Assembly: GCA_016840085.1 (NCBI GenBank)
Contig: JAEOTA010000078.1
Coordinates: 1-64,000, forward strand
DNA length: 64,000 nucleotides
Reading direction: 5' to 3'
DNA from: Promethearchaeota archaeon
GTDB lineage: Archaea; Asgardarchaeota; Lokiarchaeia; Sigyniarchaeales; SOKP01
The stretch's first letter is position 1. Every line of letters starts with the position of its first letter. A program made the translations under genes and the position numbers. This document shows positions 1-9,534 of the stretch, in pieces. The notes under the pieces are model-generated. The model searched no databases, was not told the DNA's origin, and saw only the letters and a program-made list of their open reading frames with translations.

Positions 1-2
1 TA

Positions 3-950
3 GAAACCGGTTTTAATGATATCTATGGAAATGTGATACGTGATAATAACGATACTGGTATTTATGCTACCTCATTATCTTATTTCAACCTATTCCATGA
101 AAATTTCTTTCATAGGAATGCAATACACGCAATTGATGATGGATTTATAAACGATTGGAATAATACGGTTATTGGTAATTACTGGGACAATCATACTGGT
201 CCAGATACAACCCCAAAAGATGGAATTGTAGATGTTCCATATACATTTATAGGTGGTTCTGTTGGAAGTATAGATTATTTACCTATTGTTGACGACGCAA
301 GTCCAATAATCACAATTAAATCACCTAATACGGATGATGCGTTTGATGATGCTCCAAGTTTTGATCTCACAGTCAGTGAAGATTACCTATGGAACATGTG
401 GTATACGCTTGATGGAGGGGCTAATAATTACTTCACTGACTTTACTGGAACTATTGATCAAGTTGCGTGGGACGCCTTACCTGATGGTAATATTACACTA
501 ACATTTTATGCGAATGATAAAGCTGAAAATGTGGATTCTGCTGAGGTGATTGTATCAAAAGACACTCAAGCTCCAGTCATTGTTATCACTAAACCCGCCC
601 CTGATAAAAAATTGAGTAGCGCATTTCGCTTTGAATTAGAAGTTGCCGATCCTCACTTAGATAAAATATGGTATTCTCTTGATGGTGGTGTTACCAATTT
701 TACCGCTGACACACCCGCTGAAAAAATAGAAAAAGCAGCATGGTCCGCTGTAGCTAAAGGTGATGTTACTATTACGTTCTATGCGAGTGACACCTTAGGG
801 CATGTTGCATCTGAATCGGTTACAATAAAAAAGGTAGAACCAACGATTGGGTTGGATTATGTCACAACGAGTATCCTTATATTGGCAATAAGTGGCGTGG
901 CAATTATCGCTATTATTGCAAAAATGCGGTCTAAAAAGCGAATACTTTAG
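3..950 (+). CDS. C-terminal part of a cell-surface protein (beta-helix NosD/CASH-like end, two tandem Ig-like repeats, C-terminal TM anchor); 5'-truncated by the window
   Basis: Frame is open to the window edge (ETGFNDIYGNVIR...). GNYWDNH..D...DGIVDVPY motif; two ~90-aa repeats (WYTLDGG..GNITLTFYAND / WYSLDGG..GDVTITFYASD); hydrophobic helix followed by basic tail KMRSKKR. Confidence 0.8.
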   Translation, partial: ETGFNDIYGNVIRDNNDTGIYATSLSYFNLFHENFFHRNAIHAIDDGFINDWNNTVIGNYWDNHTGPDTTPKDGIVDVPYTFIGGSVGSIDYLPIVDDASPIITIKSPNTDDAFDDAPSFDLTVSEDYLWNMWYTLDGGANNYFTDFTGTIDQVAWDALPDGNITLTFYANDKAENVDSAEVIVSKDTQAPVIVITKPAPDKKLSSAFRFELEVADPHLDKIWYSLDGGVTNFTADTPAEKIEKAAWSAVAKGDVTITFYASDTLGHVASESVTIKKVEPTIGLDYVTTSILILAISGVAIIAIIAKMRSKKRIL

Positions 951-973
951 TAATACAATTAAATTAAAAATTA

Positions 974-995
974 TTTTTTTTTTTAATCTCTTTTT
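974..995 (+). terminator. Oligo-T archaeal terminator-like tract
   Basis: Long T run plus further T tracts just after the 950 stop, between convergent genes. Confidence 0.45.
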
Positions 996-1128
996 AATAT
1001 AACCAAAAAAGTATTACAGATCCTTCTATCAGAATACTATAGCTTTTAGATTTTTAAGTATTATTTAGTGAAAAAAGCAAAACAATTTTCAAAAAGAAAA
1101 GTAAAAAAAAAAGTTAAAATCTGAAGAG

Positions 1129-1356
1129 TTATATACCTTTCAATCTTACACCAAGAAATAATAGAAACCACACAAGGAAAAATGCAATCATTGCAAAAAG
1201 GATCCATGTTTCAGATGATTCGAAAGTTCCAAGACTGAACTCAGGTAAAAGGCTGTCTGGAGCTAAAAAAACTTGATCGATTAAGACAAATAGCCCAAAT
1301 ATCCATAAAAGAAAGGTAATAATTACAATAAATTTACTAGGTGGAGTCCATCCCAT
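1129..1356 (-). CDS. Small two-TM membrane protein, unknown function
   Basis: 75 aa, two hydrophobic helices, GGTGA SD upstream of ATG. Confidence 0.75.
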   Translation of the reverse strand: MGWTPPSKFIVIITFLLWIFGLFVLIDQVFLAPDSLLPEFSLGTFESSETWILFAMIAFFLVWFLLFLGVRLKGI

Positions 1357-1492
1357 TTATTATTCACCATTTTTTCTTTAACATTTTACCTATTTTTCCT
1401 AATTTTTAGGATGTTTTTAGTTAGAGTATAATACAATAAGATAAAATCCCTTTCAAATAGTATAGATCAACAACAAGATCTCAAAAGTTAAG

Positions 1493-2188
1493 TTAATCAT
1501 GTTTAGAAAAATCCATCTCTATTTCTCTTACGTCTTCACTCATCTTTGATTTTGGATCATAGATTAAGGGTTTTTTTTTATCAATTTTATCTCCATTCTT
1601 TTCTTCTTCTTTTTTCACGATATCCCATATGAGACTTATGACAAGTAAGACTGAGACAATTATAAGGAGCGGGAGTAATAGACCTGAATCTGTTAATAAA
1701 ATTTTTACCCACCCAATGTAAGGAATTTTCCCTGAGACTACACCTAAAATTCGACTTTCTGGAACCCAGGCATTATCAGGAGAGAGATTAGCATCTCCTT
1801 TAGTTAAGAAAAACCACCCATTATCATACATTTTAGCAATAACTCTATGGACTACTGGATCATTTGGTGCATTTATCCAACCGGGTAATCCACGGGCATC
1901 AAAAACAATAATATCCCCTTCTTTTCCTTCTATAGTTCCATTTTTTATGTTAGAAGGATCTCTACCTTTAAGAAATAACAAATCACCTTTGTAAAGTTTA
2001 GGTTCCATTGAGCCGGATACCACAACAACCATAGGTGTTTTGGTATTGAAGGTAATTTGCATGATATAATATATTAAAAAAGCTCCAGAAAAAGCTAAAC
2101 CTATTAAAATTACGGCAGTGAAGATTTTTCGTTTCATAGAAAGATCTTCGTCCTTCTTGATTGGAGCTTTAATTTTTTTTCTTCTCAT
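1493..2188 (-). CDS. sec11: Signal peptidase I, archaeal/ER-type (S26B)
   Basis: VVVSGSMEP catalytic Ser, GDIIVF, PVVHRV catalytic His, TKGDAN, IPYIGW. Confidence 0.93.
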   Translation of the reverse strand: MRRKKIKAPIKKDEDLSMKRKIFTAVILIGLAFSGAFLIYYIMQITFNTKTPMVVVVSGSMEPKLYKGDLLFLKGRDPSNIKNGTIEGKEGDIIVFDARGLPGWINAPNDPVVHRVIAKMYDNGWFFLTKGDANLSPDNAWVPESRILGVVSGKIPYIGWVKILLTDSGLLLPLLIIVSVLLVISLIWDIVKKEEEKNGDKIDKKKPLIYDPKSKMSEDVREIEMDFSKHD

Positions 2189-2422
2189 ATTTATTAAACT
2201 AGTCGTTCTATGGATTATTAAATCAAAAAAGTAATATAAATATTCTTTATATAAAATAAGTTGTAGAGATTTATGGTATAAATATTATATTGTTAGAACA
2301 GAATTTACATTATAATAGAATTTTCTTTTTCATCAAAAGTTATAGGTTAATATTTTAAATAATAAAATCTAGAAGATAATTATTCAGTGAAATCGTATTA
2401 ATTAAGGTGTATTAGGGTTAAG

Positions 2423-3220
2423 ATGGTTCAAATGATTGAAAGAGGTCATTCATTTGATATAAGAGAACAAAGTAATTATGATATTCAAAAGAAGTTAGAA
2501 AATGTTTTACAAAAAAGGTTTATGCTATCCACGAATACTACGAGATTAGGAAGTTCTTTACTCCGAATCAATTATTATAATAAAGATATAGAAAAAGAAA
2601 TACAAAAAGATAATAGAATAACAATTTTGTATGAACCCCATAAAAGAATTTATATTCAAATTAAAGGTAAGCTTACAGATACGCAGGTTGGGCAATTATG
2701 GAATGAACTGGAAAAGGATTTGAGAGTAATAAAAAAACAAGAGACTATTGAGGAAAAAATTTCTAATAAAGATGAAATTATTAACACAATCATTAATTCA
2801 ATTAAAAATAAAGGATATACTATAGAGAATATTGACGCCCAGAATTTCATTGATAACTTTCAAGAAGAATATAATAGATTACCTAAAGATGAGGAACTTG
2901 ACTCAATTGTTAAAGGATACATAGTAATGAAAAATGAAGAATATCTTTTAGAGAAAGCAAAAATTAACAATAAAGAAGTTGTACCTGAAAATGTAGAACT
3001 CACGTTTGAGAAAAGTAGAGAAGATGTTGGCTTAGCTTCCGATCAAAATGGTGTTCTAACAATTAATCCTCCTATTGGACGTAGAAAATGTCCAAGTTGT
3101 GAAAATGAAGGATTAATTCATGAAATTGATGATAAAAGTATAATTCTATTGGATTATCCCAGAATATATGGAAAAAAGTGCCGTTGTGGCGCTTGTGGGC
3201 AAGAATGGCGTGAACAATAG
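2423..3220 (+). CDS. Hypothetical protein with C-terminal zinc ribbon
   Basis: 265 aa ORF ending CPSC...CGACGQEW. Confidence 0.75.
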   Translation: MVQMIERGHSFDIREQSNYDIQKKLENVLQKRFMLSTNTTRLGSSLLRINYYNKDIEKEIQKDNRITILYEPHKRIYIQIKGKLTDTQVGQLWNELEKDLRVIKKQETIEEKISNKDEIINTIINSIKNKGYTIENIDAQNFIDNFQEEYNRLPKDEELDSIVKGYIVMKNEEYLLEKAKINNKEVVPENVELTFEKSREDVGLASDQNGVLTINPPIGRRKCPSCENEGLIHEIDDKSIILLDYPRIYGKKCRCGACGQEWREQ

Positions 3221-3406
3221 TTAAAAATTGGGTTTCTATATATTTTTGGTTAATCTACTTACTTTACTTCACACTTCATTCGTTTTTTTTGGGAATAAGA
3301 TTTAAAATCTTATTAAAAATAGTTTTAAATAGTTTATTATTTAAATTCTTATCATAGTAATTTTGAATTTTGTAAATATAATATTAAAATTTATGAGCTG
3401 ATAAGT

Positions 3407-4372
3407 TTGGAAGATTATGCAATAATTCATAATCCTGCTGCTGGTAAAGGAAAAAAAGAAAAGAAGGATATTGAATTTATGAAAAAATGTTTAGGTGAGT
3501 TAAATGTTTCATATAAATTATTTGAAACTGAATATGTGAGACATGCTATAGAACTAGGAAGTAACTTAGTAAAAGATGGGTATAGAGTGATTGGAGCAGG
3601 AGGTGATGGTACTTGCAATGAAGTGATGAATGGAGCAATAACTTCTAATACTGGAGCTTTGTGTGGGTTTATTCCTATGGGTTCTGGAAATGATATTCCA
3701 GCCGCGATTGGTATCCTTCCAGATATAAAGAGAGCTTGTGAGATTATTGCGGAAGGTAAATCAGGTAAATCTGATATTGGATTTGCAAAAACAGATACTG
3801 GAATTCAGCGTTATTTTTTAGGTATTGGGAGTCAGGGTTTTGATAGTGACGTTACAAGGAGATTCAATGAAGCTAAAAGGGGAAAAAGTTATGTTACTCA
3901 AACTCTTAAGGCTTTATTGCCTTGGAAGAATAAGCAAATTAAGGTTACAATGGATAATGACGTTTATGAAGGATATGCTAACTGCTTAGCCTGTGCAAAT
4001 GGCCCTAGTTATGGTGGTTTTATGTATATTTGTCAAAAAGCTCGAGTAGATGATGGTTTTTTTCATGTAAATATAGTTGATATTGGCAAATTCAAATTAC
4101 TTAGGCATTTTAATAGGATGTATAAAGCAACTCTTTTACCTCATCCAAATATCTATGAATATACCAGTAAGAAAGTAAGGGTTGAAATGTTAAATTCTGA
4201 AGAACCTAATCCATACATTTCTCAAGTAGATGGGGAGATTTTAGATCAGGTACCTGTTAATTATGAATGTATTAAAGATGGATTTGAATTTATTCGACCA
4301 GAAATAGATGAAGTAGCAGAAGCATTTAAAAAGGAACATGGAAGATACTTTTGGGAATGCAATTATGATTAA
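3407..4372 (+). CDS. Diacylglycerol/lipid kinase family protein (DagK/YegS-like)
   Basis: NPAAG, GGDGT, PMGSGND, NGPSYGG, QVDGE motifs. Confidence 0.92.
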   Translation: MEDYAIIHNPAAGKGKKEKKDIEFMKKCLGELNVSYKLFETEYVRHAIELGSNLVKDGYRVIGAGGDGTCNEVMNGAITSNTGALCGFIPMGSGNDIPAAIGILPDIKRACEIIAEGKSGKSDIGFAKTDTGIQRYFLGIGSQGFDSDVTRRFNEAKRGKSYVTQTLKALLPWKNKQIKVTMDNDVYEGYANCLACANGPSYGGFMYICQKARVDDGFFHVNIVDIGKFKLLRHFNRMYKATLLPHPNIYEYTSKKVRVEMLNSEEPNPYISQVDGEILDQVPVNYECIKDGFEFIRPEIDEVAEAFKKEHGRYFWECNYD

Positions 4373-4400
4373 TGCCTTTTTTTAGAGTCTGATATTTCAT

Positions 4401-5024
4401 ATGCCAGATTGGGATGAGATTTTTTCTAAACAGGGAAAAATATTTCATGATCCTCATCCAGATATGGAAAAGATATCTGAGTTATTTAAAGAAAAAGGAG
4501 TAAAACGAGTTTTAGATCTTGGATGTGGAACAGGCCGTCACCTAATATTTTTATCAAAGAAAGGATTTGAAGTATATGGCATGGATGCTTCTCCTAAAGC
4601 TTTAGTGATGGCAAAAGAATGGCTCATTGAACAAAATGAAAAAGCAGAATTACATCTGAATAAAATGGAACATAAATTTCCATATAATGATAATTGTTTT
4701 GATGCTATTATTTCAATTCAAGTAATTCATCATAATCTAATAAAAGATATAATTTTTACAGTAAAGGAGATTGAGAGAATTTTAAAGTCTAGTGGCTTAA
4801 TATTCATTACATTCCCTAGATTAGGCGGAGGCTCTCGAGGAGATAATTGGGAATTGAAAGAAATTGAACCGCGAACCTACATTCCACAATCAGGAAAAGA
4901 AAAAGGATTACCTCATCATTTTTTTACTTTGGAAGAAATTAATCAAGTGTTTAATTCATTTGATCTATTAGAGATTTATATTGATGGAACAAATCATAGA
5001 GCTATTATAGGAACCAAAAAATAG
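4401..5024 (+). CDS. Class I SAM-dependent methyltransferase
   Basis: VLDLGCGTGRH motif I, FDAIIS, RILKSSG. Confidence 0.9.
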   Translation: MPDWDEIFSKQGKIFHDPHPDMEKISELFKEKGVKRVLDLGCGTGRHLIFLSKKGFEVYGMDASPKALVMAKEWLIEQNEKAELHLNKMEHKFPYNDNCFDAIISIQVIHHNLIKDIIFTVKEIERILKSSGLIFITFPRLGGGSRGDNWELKEIEPRTYIPQSGKEKGLPHHFFTLEEINQVFNSFDLLEIYIDGTNHRAIIGTKK

Positions 5025-5326
5025 ATTTATTTTATTCATCATTTCAAGTACTTCTTTTAATAAAACTTGTTAGGATTACTATTACTCTTAAAATGGCTAT
5101 TAAAATTAAAAATCTATTATAATAAGATAATAGTATTGTTTATGGATCAAATACCTGTAAAAAATGGATCATTCTTATACAAAAAATGGACAACTTTATA
5201 TACTTCCTTGGAATAGTAATTAATTGAATTTCATCTGATAACCTTCGAATGGTATAATAAAGAAAAGGTACGAAGGATTTCGATTTATTTGCTAAATATT
5301 TTAAAATATTGAATGGGGAATGTAAA

Positions 5327-5638
5327 ATGATCATAATTGAACTTCTAGTGTCATTGTTTATCGTATATCTTGTTGTATTAATAATTTATTTACTAGGAAG
5401 TAAAAAAAGAAAATATGGAGACACGTATCATTGTGGAGAAAGATTAATAGAAAATAAGGTGAAATATAAAGTCCCATGGATCTATTTTGCCAGTCTTTTT
5501 ATCGCATTTGATGCTGCAATAGTTCTAATTGCAATTACTTCTCTTTCGCTAAATATAGTAACTATAATTTTCTTAGTTTTGATCACACTCTCTTTATTCT
5601 TTATTCCCAAAGAAAAAGAGGGTAAGAATGATGATTAA
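5327..5638 (+). CDS. nuoA: Complex I-like subunit A (NuoA-like)
   Basis: 3 TM, YHCGE loop, FIAFD motif; first gene of the operon. Confidence 0.75.
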   Translation: MIIIELLVSLFIVYLVVLIIYLLGSKKRKYGDTYHCGERLIENKVKYKVPWIYFASLFIAFDAAIVLIAITSLSLNIVTIIFLVLITLSLFFIPKEKEGKNDD

Positions 5639-6602
5639 AATCGCGATGATATTGATATGGGTTCTTTTATCGTTTATTTTCGCCCTTTTTTATGAGTGGT
5701 TTGATAGGAAGGTATATGCACATTTTCAAAATAGAGTAGGACCTCAAATGGCTGGTTACAAAGGAATATTGCAACCTTTAGCAGACTTCATTAAATTATT
5801 AAAGAAGGAGAGCATATTTCCAAAAGGAAGTAATACTTTTTTGATAACCTTCTCTGCAATATCATCAGTTGCACTGATGTTTTTTATGTTACTTTTTATT
5901 CCCCTTTATAATTTAAATGCACCACTTTCGCTTAGTGGAGATTTAATTTTATTATTCGGAATTGGTGTGCTCATAGATCTTTTAATTATAATAACTGGTT
6001 ATTCCGTTGCGTGTCCATATTCAAATGAAGGTGCAGCAAGAAAGGCAGAAATGATAATTTCCTTCGAAATTCCCTTCGGGATCTCAATTGCAACCATTAT
6101 TGCTATATCTAAATCCATTACTATAAAAGACAGCTTGCTATTTCAATCATTGGGTATTCCTCTTATAATATTCATGCCTTTAAGTTTTATTGCATATATC
6201 TTTAGCAGCATAGCAAAGCTAGAAAAAGTCCCATTTGATGCTCCAAATGCGGAGTCAGAAATCGTAGCAGGATGGTCAACAGAAATCAGTGGGAGAACAT
6301 TAGCCTTATTCAGACTTTCTTTCGATCTTGATATGTTTTTTGTGGCTTCTTTTGGAGCTATCCTTTTCTTAGGTGGTCCAGCATTACCTTATTTTAATTA
6401 TCCCGGGTTATTATTTCTTAATCAGACTTTAAACTTTGTAATGTTCTTTATAAAAACATCATTAATTGTCTTTTTAATAACGATGATAAGAAGCATTACT
6501 GCAAGATATCGAATTGACCAAGTAATTAACTATTTCTGGAAAGTTATTATTCCTTTAGCAATGTTAAATTTAATTATAATCATTATATTTGGTTTGGGGT
6601 GA
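5628..6602 (+). CDS. nuoH: Complex I-like subunit H (NuoH/MbhM-like)
   Basis: DRKVYAHFQNRVGP, QPLADFIKLLKKE, PFDAPNAESEIVAG, RYRIDQ. Confidence 0.92.
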   Translation: MMIKIAMILIWVLLSFIFALFYEWFDRKVYAHFQNRVGPQMAGYKGILQPLADFIKLLKKESIFPKGSNTFLITFSAISSVALMFFMLLFIPLYNLNAPLSLSGDLILLFGIGVLIDLLIIITGYSVACPYSNEGAARKAEMIISFEIPFGISIATIIAISKSITIKDSLLFQSLGIPLIIFMPLSFIAYIFSSIAKLEKVPFDAPNAESEIVAGWSTEISGRTLALFRLSFDLDMFFVASFGAILFLGGPALPYFNYPGLLFLNQTLNFVMFFIKTSLIVFLITMIRSITARYRIDQVINYFWKVIIPLAMLNLIIIIIFGLG

Positions 6603-6608
6603 TTCAAT

Positions 6609-6863
6609 ATTAACGGTAATATTATTTATCTTTTGTTATTTATCTTAATAATAATAGTTACATTAGTAATCTATTTTGTAGAGAATTTAATGTATGCTGT
6701 TATTTTTTTTACAGTATTTAATATATTAATTGGAGTATTTTACATTTTTTTGGGCTATACTCTTTTGGGCATATTTCAGATAACATTATACTCTGTTTCG
6801 ATGGCAACTCTATTTTTTTATATAGTATGTTTAATCGGAGGGGAAAATGATAAAGAAGAGTAA
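6609..6863 (+). CDS. NuoJ N-terminal-like / MbhD-like small membrane subunit (possible ATT start at 6609, otherwise TTG 6633)
   Basis: Hydrophobic, LGIFQITLYS motif, lies between nuoH and nuoK; SD GGGGTGA 6 nt before the ATT. Confidence 0.65.
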   Translation: MNGNIIYLLLFILIIIVTLVIYFVENLMYAVIFFTVFNILIGVFYIFLGYTLLGIFQITLYSVSMATLFFYIVCLIGGENDKEE

Positions 6864-7122
6864 ATTATTGTCATTTCTACTATTGTTATTAATAGTGACA
6901 ATAAGTATTTTTTATGCTATTGAATTTGAGAATATTCAGAGCAATTATGTAGAAAATGCAGGTGAAATTTTAATACGTGAGAATGATAAAGCTTTTAATA
7001 CAGTTATAGGTAAATTTATTTGGGAATATAGAGGGTTCGAGATGATCATAATAGCCTTTATTTTACTTAGTGTCTATGCGGGTATTTCAGCACAAATTAG
7101 GAAGTCCAATACAAGGAGTTGA
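6847..7122 (+). CDS. NuoJ C-terminal-like / MbhE-like small membrane subunit
   Basis: IWEYRGFE motif between two TM helices; overlaps neighbouring genes. Confidence 0.7.
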   Translation: MIKKSKLLSFLLLLLIVTISIFYAIEFENIQSNYVENAGEILIRENDKAFNTVIGKFIWEYRGFEMIIIAFILLSVYAGISAQIRKSNTRS

Positions 7123-7445
7123 AAAAAATGATTGATATAATAGTACTAGCTTTTTCTTTAATAATAATAGAATTTTTTATAAGTTTATTACTAGCTGCTA
7201 ATAGTAAAAATGTAATCAAGATAATTATAGGTGTGGAAATTTTAATGAATACTGTAAATACATTTTTAGTCTTTTTTTCTGTATATTTTACAAACGGTAG
7301 TTTAGATCCAATTGTTGTAGTGATCGTTATGATCTCGACAATAATTGCAGCAATTGTAGCTGCGTTTATTCTTATTATTGTTTATAGGATGCAAGAAAAA
7401 TTTAATACACTTAATGCTGAAAAAATTAGTGAACTTAAGTGGTGA
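7119..7445 (+). CDS. nuoK: Complex I-like subunit K (NuoK/MrpC-like)
   Basis: NVIKIIIGVEILMN, 3 TM, C-terminal SELKW. Confidence 0.82.
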   Translation: MKKMIDIIVLAFSLIIIEFFISLLLAANSKNVIKIIIGVEILMNTVNTFLVFFSVYFTNGSLDPIVVVIVMISTIIAAIVAAFILIIVYRMQEKFNTLNAEKISELKW

Positions 7446-7448
7446 GAT

Positions 7449-9533
7449 ATGTATATAGAAGCTTGGGTAATATGGTTGATTCCATTAATTGGTTCCTTTA
7501 TAGCTTATGGGATCGCCAAGAGGAAAAAGTCATATGCCGGATATTTTTCAGTAGGTATATCGATTGTGTGTTTTTTTTTATCCTTAAAAATTTTATACGA
7601 TATTTTCACATCTACTCTACCTCTACCCTACCAAGACACATTCAATTTATTTTACGGTTTTGGAGTAACTTATTTAGAATTTGGTATATTGATTGATGAG
7701 TTTAGTATATTCATAATAACTATTATTGCTTTTATTTCAATTTTGGTTTTTTTCTATAGCTTGGGATACATGCATGAAGAAATCGATTTAGGTCGATATT
7801 GGTTCTGGATGAATCTCTCATTAGGTTCTATGTTTCTTTTGGTATTATCCAATAATTTTATTGAAATGATATTATTATTTCTCATGATCAGTCTTTGTAA
7901 TTGGGGGCTAATCTCATTCTGGTATAAAAAAACAGACCCAAGTCCGGTTCCTGGTTTTGATACAGAGGGAAAATATAATAGACACTGTGGAACTAAGGCT
8001 CTAATAACTACTTTTATCGCGGGTTGCTTTATGGAGGTTGCAATTATTTTACTCAGATTCGCTACTATGAATTCTTTTGCTCAACCTACTTTTAATTTTT
8101 TGGCGCTAAGTGAAAATAATTTTTGGGTAATTGAACTTCTAAATGCTGGACTTCTTCCTCTATTCTCAATATTGATGATTTCCAGCCTTCTCGCAAAAAG
8201 TGCTCAATTCCCATTTCATGATTGGCTTCCTGAGTCGACAGCGGGACCTATAACAACTTCCACATTAATACATTCCGTGACTACAATAAATATAGGAGTC
8301 TATATACTTGGCAGGTTCTTCTTAATAAATTTTAACCTCTATTCTTTATCGGGTGCTTCTGAGTTCTCATTACTCTTTGAAATTGCGATGATATGCGGAC
8401 TAATAACTATTATATTGACTAGTTTTTATGGAATAGTAGAGAGGGATCTAAAGCGAATTCTTGCTTTTTCAACTTCGAATCAGATGGGATACATATTCTT
8501 TATATTCGGTGTTGCCGGTCTCTATCTTAATTATTCAGCATTTGTTGCAGGTGTTCTTTATATCCTCGCACATAGCATATTCAAATCGCTTCTCTTTTTA
8601 AGTTCTGGTTTAATAATACGCTCAACAGGTATAAAAAATGTCTATGAAATGGGCTCCCTTAGAAAATATATGAAAAAGACTTATATCTTAATGATGATAG
8701 GAACATTTTCAATGGTTGGAATCCCTCCATTGGTGGGATATCTTAGCATTCAACTCTTAATTAGCGAGATATTTGTTCTCCCCCCATGGATAACTGTTCT
8801 ATTTATCGGAACATTTTTCCTAACTAATCTATATATATTTAGAATGATTGGGCTAATTTTTTTTGGTACAGAGAGCGAGAAAATCAAAAAAATCGAGATA
8901 ATGGAAAAAACACATAAGAATACCGCTATGATGACAGTTCCTCTGATTATTTTAGCTATATTGTCCATTATACTAGTCTTTTTTTACCCTACTATTATTA
9001 ATTTTATATCCGGAAGTATTCTACTGGATATTTCATTTAATAAATTGTTTTATTTCCTTTCCAACACATTATTATCTATTGGCACTTATATAATTGTTGC
9101 ATTAATTATAGTGGGCTTTATAATAACCTATCCTTTCTATTTCACAAGAAAAATCTCTCCTCATGCTATAACATCGAAATATATCATAAGAGATATACAC
9201 AAAATATTAAAGAAGCGAGTGGTCTTTAATCCTCTTTATTATTCATTTCACCGAGGGATTAACAAATTAGGAAATGCTATGAAAAACTTTCATCTATCAC
9301 TTGATAAGCTTTATCATAGTATTGGTCAAGGGATTAACAAATTAGGAAATGCTATGAAAAACTTTCATCTATCGCTTGATAAATTTTATTACAGGCTAGC
9401 ATATAGTGTTAGAAGGAGTGGTGATAGTATAAGAAAATTCCACACTGGAAAGATAAATTTAAATTTGCTTTATTATATTATCAGCATACTTTTTTCCCTT
9501 ATTATTATATATGTGTTGGTGAGGTTGAGTTAA
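7449..9533 (+). CDS. nuoL: Antiporter-like subunit L (NuoL/MrpA-like), divergent
   Basis: YSLGYM, KSAQFPFHDWLP, DLKRILAFST, HSIFKSLLFL, C-terminal lateral helix ending HTGKINLNL. Confidence 0.9.
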   Translation: MYIEAWVIWLIPLIGSFIAYGIAKRKKSYAGYFSVGISIVCFFLSLKILYDIFTSTLPLPYQDTFNLFYGFGVTYLEFGILIDEFSIFIITIIAFISILVFFYSLGYMHEEIDLGRYWFWMNLSLGSMFLLVLSNNFIEMILLFLMISLCNWGLISFWYKKTDPSPVPGFDTEGKYNRHCGTKALITTFIAGCFMEVAIILLRFATMNSFAQPTFNFLALSENNFWVIELLNAGLLPLFSILMISSLLAKSAQFPFHDWLPESTAGPITTSTLIHSVTTINIGVYILGRFFLINFNLYSLSGASEFSLLFEIAMICGLITIILTSFYGIVERDLKRILAFSTSNQMGYIFFIFGVAGLYLNYSAFVAGVLYILAHSIFKSLLFLSSGLIIRSTGIKNVYEMGSLRKYMKKTYILMMIGTFSMVGIPPLVGYLSIQLLISEIFVLPPWITVLFIGTFFLTNLYIFRMIGLIFFGTESEKIKKIEIMEKTHKNTAMMTVPLIILAILSIILVFFYPTIINFISGSILLDISFNKLFYFLSNTLLSIGTYIIVALIIVGFIITYPFYFTRKISPHAITSKYIIRDIHKILKKRVVFNPLYYSFHRGINKLGNAMKNFHLSLDKLYHSIGQGINKLGNAMKNFHLSLDKFYYRLAYSVRRSGDSIRKFHTGKINLNLLYYIISILFSLIIIYVLVRLS
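9254..9382 (+). repeat. In-frame tandem duplication in nuoL (54-nt core, 75-nt period)
   Basis: 9254-9307 and 9329-9382 match at 53/54 nt; encodes GINKLGNAMKNFHLSLDK twice. Confidence 0.95.
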
Positions 9534-9534
9534 T

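Noticed and set aside
5140-5334. 64-aa minus-strand ORF upstream of nuoA
   Set aside because: Overlaps the nuoA start and promoter region, no recognisable features
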